Below, piece after piece: positions 58,254 through 64,000 of a stretch of DNA of 64,000 nt. The stretch covers positions 128,001 to 192,000 of the forward strand of contig CAWDSK010000005.1 of NCBI GenBank assembly GCA_963804995.1, read 5' to 3'. Position 1 is the stretch's first letter, and the number at the start of each line of letters is the position of its first letter. The DNA comes from an uncultured Acidobacteriota bacterium. Lineage in GTDB: Bacteria > Acidobacteriota > Terriglobia > UBA7540. A program made the position numbers and the translations under genes. Under the pieces are notes generated by a model. The model was not told the DNA's origin and ran no database searches. It saw only the letters and a program-made list of their open reading frames with translations.

Positions 58254-59555
58254 TCACAGCACCGCTTCATCCCAATTTTCCAAAGTCTTCTTGATCTTCC
58301 CCATGAATTGTTCCGCTACTGCTCCATCCACCACGCGGTGATCATAGGAAATCGAAAGGTAGACCATGTGCCGGATGGCGATGGCGTCATCGCGGACCAC
58401 CGGACGCTTTTCGATCGCACCCACGCCCAGGATCGCCACCTGGGGTTGATGGATGATGGGCAGACCGAACAACCCGCCGAAGCCGCCTGGATTGGTAATG
58501 GTGAAGGTGCCGCCCTGCACGTCGTCCACACTCAGGTGCTTCGACCGCGCACGGTCGGCCAGGTCCTGAACGGCACGTGCCAATCCCAGAAAATTCTTCT
58601 CATCGGCCCGTTTGATAACCGGCACGATCAAGCCGTTATCCAGGGCCACAGCGATGCCGATATTCACGTCGCGTTTGTAGACAATGTTGGTTCCATCCAC
58701 GGAAGAATTAATGATCGGGGCTTCCTTGATGGCCTCCACCGCGGCCCGGACGAAGAAAGGCGTGAAAGTCAGTTTGAGGCCGTTGCGCTCTTCGAATTCT
58801 TTCTTGAAGCGCTCGCGGATAGCCACTACGCGCGTCATTTCAACTTCAATCACCGTGTAAACATGTGCCGAAGTGTGCTTACTCGTCACCATGTGCTCGG
58901 CGATCTGACGGCGCATGGGGGTCATGGATACTACCTGCGTCGCCCCCGTGAAGGTTATCTGTGGTGGAGCAACCTTCTGTGCCTCCGCTGCCGGTGAGGG
59001 AGCCGCGGCCGGTGGAGCGGGTGCGACTCCCCCGCCCGAGTTCTGCCGCTCGATGAAATCCAGGATGTCTTTCTTGCTAACCCTGCCTCCCAATCCCGTT
59101 CCTTTCACCTGACTTAAATTGACGTTGTGCTCACGTGCAATGCGTCGCACCAAAGGCGAGGTCCGGATATCCTCCGCCTCGCCACCTTCTTGTTCCTCGG
59201 CCGCAGGAGGGGCAGCAGGTGACGGTGCCGCGGATGTGGGGGGAGCCGGCGGAGCAGCAACGGGAACAGCCTCTGGCCTGGCGGTGGGGGCTGGCGCTGG
59301 AGCCGCAACCGCGGCGCCGTCGCCATCGATCACCGCTACCACCGCGTTCACGGCCACGGTTTCGTTTTCGCTGACGAGGATCTTGGTCAGGATTCCTGCC
59401 GCGGGTGAAGGGATCTCCGCATCGACCTTGTCGGTCGAGATCTCAAACAACGGCTCGTCGCGTTCGATGCGCTCACCGACCTTCTTCATCCATTTGGTGA
59501 TCGTTCCTTCCGCAATACTCTCCCCCATCTGGGGCATGATGACATTCGTGGGCAT
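58254..59555 (-). CDS. 2-oxoacid dehydrogenase E2 (dihydrolipoamide acyltransferase)
   Basis: Lipoyl STDKV, E3-binding SPLVRRIA, DHRVVDGA. Confidence 0.94.
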   Translation of the reverse strand: MPTNVIMPQMGESIAEGTITKWMKKVGERIERDEPLFEISTDKVDAEIPSPAAGILTKILVSENETVAVNAVVAVIDGDGAAVAAPAPAPTARPEAVPVAAPPAPPTSAAPSPAAPPAAEEQEGGEAEDIRTSPLVRRIAREHNVNLSQVKGTGLGGRVSKKDILDFIERQNSGGGVAPAPPAAAPSPAAEAQKVAPPQITFTGATQVVSMTPMRRQIAEHMVTSKHTSAHVYTVIEVEMTRVVAIRERFKKEFEERNGLKLTFTPFFVRAAVEAIKEAPIINSSVDGTNIVYKRDVNIGIAVALDNGLIVPVIKRADEKNFLGLARAVQDLADRARSKHLSVDDVQGGTFTITNPGGFGGLFGLPIIHQPQVAILGVGAIEKRPVVRDDAIAIRHMVYLSISYDHRVVDGAVAEQFMGKIKKTLENWDEAVL

Positions 59556-59668
59556 CGTTAACCTCATTGAGCGATTGAGTGACTGAGCGATTGAGCCATG
59601 CAAAGGGCGTTAGTTGCCGCTTCGCAAAGCAAACCTGTAGTCACTAAATCACTCCATCACCAAATATC

Positions 59669-60643
59669 TTAATAACTCGCCAACTTCCTCGCCGCCTCTA
59701 CCACCTTCTGCGCGTTAGGCAGGAAGTATTCTTCGAGCGGCGGCGAGAAGGGCACAGGTGTGTCAGGCGCGGTAACCCGCACGATGGGGCCATCCAGGTC
59801 CTCAAAAGCCTTCTCTGCTATCACAGCCGCAAGTTCGCCCGCCATGCCGCCGGTGCGCGTGTCCTCGTGCAGCAGGATTACCTTGCCGCACTTGCGCACG
59901 CTGGCCAGCACTGCCTCTTCATCGTAGGGCAGCAGGCTGCGGAGGTCAACGACCTCGAGTGACAGCCCCTCTTTCTCCAGTTCGAGCGCGGCGTCGAGCG
60001 CAGTCCAGACCATGGCGCCGTAAGTTATCACGGCAATGTCTGTGCCGGGGCGGCGCACTGCAGCCTTGCCGATGGGCACCACATAATCCCCGTCCGGAAT
60101 TTCTTCCTTGATGCGCCGGTAAAGGAATTTGTGCTCGTAAAAGATCACCGGGTTGTCATCGCGGATGGCGGCTTTCATCAATCCCTTGGCGTCGTATGCT
60201 GTCGCGGGCGCCACCACCTTCAGGCCCGGCGTATGCACGAACCACATCTCGTTTGACTGTGAGTGATAGGGCCCGCCATGAACGCCTGCGCCGGAGGGCC
60301 CACGGATGACGATCGGCACCGCCGGACCCCAGCGGTAATGAATCTTCGCCGCCATGTTCACAATCTGGTTAAAGCCGCTGGCAATGAAATCCATGAACTG
60401 CATTTCGACCACCGGCCGCATGCCCATCAACGCCGCACCGGTGGCCGCGCCCACGATGGCTGATTCCGCGATCGGCGTGTCGATCACGCGCTCCGCACCG
60501 AATTTCTCAAGCATGCCGGCCGTCACCTTGAAGGCGCCGCCGTACACCCCAATATCTTCGCCCATCACGAAGACCGAGGGATCGCGTTCCATCTCCTCCC
60601 AGATGCCCTGGCGAAGGGCTTCGAGGTAGGTCACTTGCGGCAT
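59669..60643 (-). CDS. 2-oxoacid dehydrogenase E1 beta subunit
   Basis: MGEDIG, DTPIAE, EMQFMDF, HSQS. Confidence 0.93.
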   Translation of the reverse strand: MPQVTYLEALRQGIWEEMERDPSVFVMGEDIGVYGGAFKVTAGMLEKFGAERVIDTPIAESAIVGAATGAALMGMRPVVEMQFMDFIASGFNQIVNMAAKIHYRWGPAVPIVIRGPSGAGVHGGPYHSQSNEMWFVHTPGLKVVAPATAYDAKGLMKAAIRDDNPVIFYEHKFLYRRIKEEIPDGDYVVPIGKAAVRRPGTDIAVITYGAMVWTALDAALELEKEGLSLEVVDLRSLLPYDEEAVLASVRKCGKVILLHEDTRTGGMAGELAAVIAEKAFEDLDGPIVRVTAPDTPVPFSPPLEEYFLPNAQKVVEAARKLASY

Positions 60644-60811
60644 GATTTCATCGCTCCTGATTTGACCGATTCAATCATCGGGCCATCGGTTCGCTGAGTG
60701 ATTAGACGGCTTGGCATTTGATTGATCTGAAGGCACGTAGAATTTCGGCATTTGTTCATTCGCCCCATGACCAAATCAGTCGATGAATCAATCACCCGAT
60801 GGCCAGATGGC

Positions 60812-61840
60812 TCAATTCCTTTTCCACCAACAATTCGGCTCGCAGTAAACTCCCTCCACCGCATCTTCTCCACGAGGGAAAGGCCGAGCCTCGGCGTTGG
60901 CAATGGCAGCGTCGATTTCGTCGCGAACCTGCCGGTCGACCTCATCAATCTGCTTCCGCGTCAGGATCTTCTTGGCGAGCAGGTGCTTTTCGAGTCGCAG
61001 GATGGGATCCTTCTTTGCCCAGGCCAGTTTCAGTTTCTCCGGCACATATTCCGCAGCGTCGTGAGCAGAATGACCCGTCATGCGGAACGAGACGCATTCA
61101 AGAAAACTGGGACCTTTGCCGGCCCGGGCGCGCGCGATGGCTCGCCCGACGGCATCGTATACGGCCAGCACGTCACAGCCATCTACCTGCTCGCCCGGCA
61201 TCCCGTAAGCAGGGCCGCGCACCGCCAGCGACTTCACCGCATATTGCATGTCAGTCGGGGTCGAATAAGCGTACTGATTGTTGTTGCAGATAAAAATCAC
61301 CGGCAGCTTCATGACCGCGGCAAAGTTCATGGCTTCATGAACGTCACCCAGGCTGGTGGTCCCCTCTCCAAAATGCACAAGGGCCACGTTTCCCTGGCCT
61401 CGTTGCTTCAGGACCAACCCCACCCCGCAGGCCACCGGCGCGGTTGCGCCCAGCGGCGAGATGATGGGAATAATGCCGAGCTTCATATCTCCGATGTGAA
61501 TGGTGTTATCGCGGCCGCGATTGGGCGAGTCGGCGCGCCCCAGCCAGTTCGCAAAGATATCGGCAAGCGGAAACCCACGAATCACAAAAACAGAAAGATC
61601 GCGGTGGCAGGGCAGAGTCACGTCCCCCGCGCCCATCGCCATCGCCGCGCCCACGCCAATCGCTTCCTGCCCGCGCCCCACATAGACTCCGCCCACAATC
61701 TTGCCTTGCCGGTAGAGCACCTGCTCGATGCGCCAATCCGACTCCCGCGTGAGCTTGAGGTAGTAGAGCATGCGCTCAAGCGTCACAGCATCAGGCTTCG
61801 TACTGGGTTTCGACTTTTTCGCGAGCGTTGTACTCTTCAT
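60812..61840 (-). CDS. 2-oxoacid dehydrogenase E1 alpha subunit
   Basis: GQEA, GEGTTS..NNQYA ThDP motif, RMTGHSAHD. Confidence 0.92.
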   Translation of the reverse strand: MKSTTLAKKSKPSTKPDAVTLERMLYYLKLTRESDWRIEQVLYRQGKIVGGVYVGRGQEAIGVGAAMAMGAGDVTLPCHRDLSVFVIRGFPLADIFANWLGRADSPNRGRDNTIHIGDMKLGIIPIISPLGATAPVACGVGLVLKQRGQGNVALVHFGEGTTSLGDVHEAMNFAAVMKLPVIFICNNNQYAYSTPTDMQYAVKSLAVRGPAYGMPGEQVDGCDVLAVYDAVGRAIARARAGKGPSFLECVSFRMTGHSAHDAAEYVPEKLKLAWAKKDPILRLEKHLLAKKILTRKQIDEVDRQVRDEIDAAIANAEARPFPRGEDAVEGVYCEPNCWWKRN

Positions 61841-62505
61841 CTCAAACTTCTCAACTCTTCGACCGCTCGCACATCCAGCCCGAACACCTGGCCAAAATGC
61901 TCAACCACCCGCTCAGTGACCGTATTCATTTCTACCGGCTTGCCCAGGAGTTTCGCGAGTGACGTCACGCCTTTGTCGCGCAGGCCGCAGGGGACAATCC
62001 ATTCGAAGTACCGCAGGTCGGTATTCACATTGAACGCGAAGCCGTGCGAAGTAACCCAGCGCGACAGATGCACGCCCATCGCCGCCAGCTTGTCGTTTCC
62101 GACCCAGACACCCGGCGCGCCCGGCGAGCGCCCAGATTCAATGCCGAAATCGTGAGCGGTGCGAATCAGGACTTCCTCGAGCGAGCGCATGTACCAGGAA
62201 ATATCCCGTCGATGCCGGGTGAGGTCGAGGATGGGGTAACCCACCAACTGGCCGGGGCCGTGATAGGTCACATCGCCGCCGCGGTCAGTTTCAAAAACTT
62301 CGGCGCCGCGCGAGGCCAGCCACTCCACCGACACCAGCAGATTCTCGTGCCGGGCGTTGCGGCCCAGCGTGTAGACAGGCGGGTGCTCGAGCAGCAAAAG
62401 TGTGTCGGGGATCTCGTCCAACTTGCGCTGCGCGACTTTAACCCTTTGCAGCTCGATCGCCTCCGCGTAATCCACCAGCCCGAGTTGTTCGACTTGGAGA
62501 ATCAT
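61837..62505 (-). CDS. lipB: Octanoyltransferase LipB
   Basis: EHPPVYTLG, RGGDVTYHGPGQLVGYP, HGFAFN, PCG. Confidence 0.95.
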   Translation of the reverse strand: MILQVEQLGLVDYAEAIELQRVKVAQRKLDEIPDTLLLLEHPPVYTLGRNARHENLLVSVEWLASRGAEVFETDRGGDVTYHGPGQLVGYPILDLTRHRRDISWYMRSLEEVLIRTAHDFGIESGRSPGAPGVWVGNDKLAAMGVHLSRWVTSHGFAFNVNTDLRYFEWIVPCGLRDKGVTSLAKLLGKPVEMNTVTERVVEHFGQVFGLDVRAVEELRSLR

Positions 62506-62512
62506 GGGAAGA

Positions 62513-62631
62513 AGGTGTCAGGCGCCAGGGTGAAGTGTAAAGGGTAAAGTGTAAAGGATGAAGTCTTTTACACTTCACCCTTTACACCTTACCCTTTTCT
62601 TTGGCCCCTGACACCTGGTACCTGACACCTA
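62513..62631. repeat. Inverted pair of degenerate heptamer arrays
   Basis: AGGTGTCAGG..GTGTAAA/GGGTAAA units mirrored by TTTACAC..CCTGACACCT. Confidence 0.75.
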
Positions 62632-62635
62632 GTTC

Positions 62636-64000
62636 TTAGATGTGTATCGGCCAATCCACTGCCGCGTGCGCCGCCTCACCCATGGCTTCGGCGAGCGTCG
62701 GGTGCGCGTGGATGGTATGGGCGATGTCGTCGACCGTGCCTTCCAGGCGCATGGCCATCACGGCTTCGGCGATGGTTTCCGTGGCGCGCGGCCCGATGAT
62801 GTGCACGCCCAAAATCTCACCATACTGCTCGTCACTCACCACTTTGACGAAGCCCTCGCGCGCGCCCAGGATCGTTGCCTTGCTGACGGCCGCGTACGGA
62901 AACTTTCCGATCTTCACCTTGTGACCAGCCTCGCGCGCCTGCCGCTCCGTCATTCCCACGCTGGCGATTTCCGGCTCGGTGTAAGTGCAATTGGGAATTT
63001 GCCGATGGTTGATGGGCTCCGCCTGCTTGCCTGCCGCATGGGTTACCGCCACGATACCTTCCATGGAGGCCACGTGGGCCAGCAGCGGGCTATTGGCGAC
63101 GATGTCACCGATGGCGTAGACTCCCGGCTCATCCGTCTGCATGAAGCCATTCGTCTTCACGAAGCCACGCTCGAGCTTCACGCGCGTCTTGTCCAGACCA
63201 ATGTTCGCCGTGTTGGGGGCGCGGCCCACCGCCACCAGGCAGGTTTCAGCTTCCAGGATCTGCGGCTTGCCATCGCCTACCGTGTATTCCACCGTAATGC
63301 CGTTTGCAACCCTCGTGACCTTGGCAACTTTCGCCTGCGTCACGATGGCAATGCCCTGGTGCTTGAAGGACTTTTCGAGCTCCGCGGAAATCTCTTCGTC
63401 CTCCAGCGGCACCGCTCGCGGCAGCATTTCGAGCACGGTCACCTTGGTCCCGAAGCGCTCGAAGATGGAGGCGAACTCTACGCCCACCGCGCCCGCGCCG
63501 ATAATCACCATCGATTGCGGAATCCCCGGCAGGCTCAGGATTTCCTTATTGGTCAGAATTGTTTTCCCGTCCGGTTCGAGACCCGGCAACATGCGGGCTT
63601 CCGAGCCCGTGGCCAGCACGATATTCTTTGCCGTGATTACCTCGGTGGCGCCCTTGGGATCCGTCACACTGATTTTGCCGGGGCCGGATATTTTCGCGAA
63701 GCCGCGCGGCATATCGACGTGATTCTTCTTGAGCAGGAATTCCACGCCCTTCGCAAGCTTGGTCACCACTTTCGACTTGCGCGCCAGAATCGCCTGCCAG
63801 TCAAGGGAAAACTCTTTGCAATTAATACCGAATTCCTTGGCGTTCTTGAAGTAATCGTAAACGTCCGCATTGAGCAGCAGGTCTTTGGTCGGAATGCAGC
63901 CGACATGCAGACACGTGCCGCCATACTTGTCGTCCTTCTCAACGATCGCGGTCTTCATGCCCAACTGCCCGGAGCGAATCGCCGCCACGTACCCACCGGG
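62636..64000 (-). CDS. lpdA: Dihydrolipoyl dehydrogenase (5' end outside window)
   Basis: GGTCLHVGCIPTK, GAGAVG, HAHPTLAE. Confidence 0.95.
   Translation of the reverse strand, partial: PGGYVAAIRSGQLGMKTAIVEKDDKYGGTCLHVGCIPTKDLLLNADVYDYFKNAKEFGINCKEFSLDWQAILARKSKVVTKLAKGVEFLLKKNHVDMPRGFAKISGPGKISVTDPKGATEVITAKNIVLATGSEARMLPGLEPDGKTILTNKEILSLPGIPQSMVIIGAGAVGVEFASIFERFGTKVTVLEMLPRAVPLEDEEISAELEKSFKHQGIAIVTQAKVAKVTRVANGITVEYTVGDGKPQILEAETCLVAVGRAPNTANIGLDKTRVKLERGFVKTNGFMQTDEPGVYAIGDIVANSPLLAHVASMEGIVAVTHAAGKQAEPINHRQIPNCTYTEPEIASVGMTERQAREAGHKVKIGKFPYAAVSKATILGAREGFVKVVSDEQYGEILGVHIIGPRATETIAEAVMAMRLEGTVDDIAHTIHAHPTLAEAMGEAAHAAVDWPIHI

Overview
GC-rich bacterial chromosomal window. Gene content and intergenic repeat style suggest Acidobacteriota (Terriglobia-like); this is inference. 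About 45 protein-coding genes; no rRNA, tRNA or CRISPR array recognised. Housekeeping core: MrfA/MrfB-like helicase-exonuclease pair, a fused 2-oxoacid dehydrogenase E1, dtd, mrdA-rodA-rne, gdhA divergent from a fused NfnB-NfnA-type flavoprotein, cysS, galT, and an lpdA-lipB-E1a-E1b-E2 cluster. The first 8.2 kb is accessory. It holds an intact IS1595 (IRs and 8-bp TSD visible), an IS4-like MITE inside a palindromic repeat, and Fic and pentapeptide/TIR relics. It also holds a phage-switch-like island with no integrase or virion genes (divergent XRE/Cro pair, RHH protein). That island continues into an unannotated 18-aa proline-rich peptide whose downstream hairpin sequesters the RBS of a ~5-TM membrane protein, then a stand-alone receiver domain and a Zn-ribbon protein. 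This is the best candidate for an undescribed system. Intergenic DNA is dense with REP/REPIN/MITE families and heptamer arrays. Six genes carry short indels, five of them at TCGA sites, which most likely reflects methylation-linked read errors rather than true pseudogenes.
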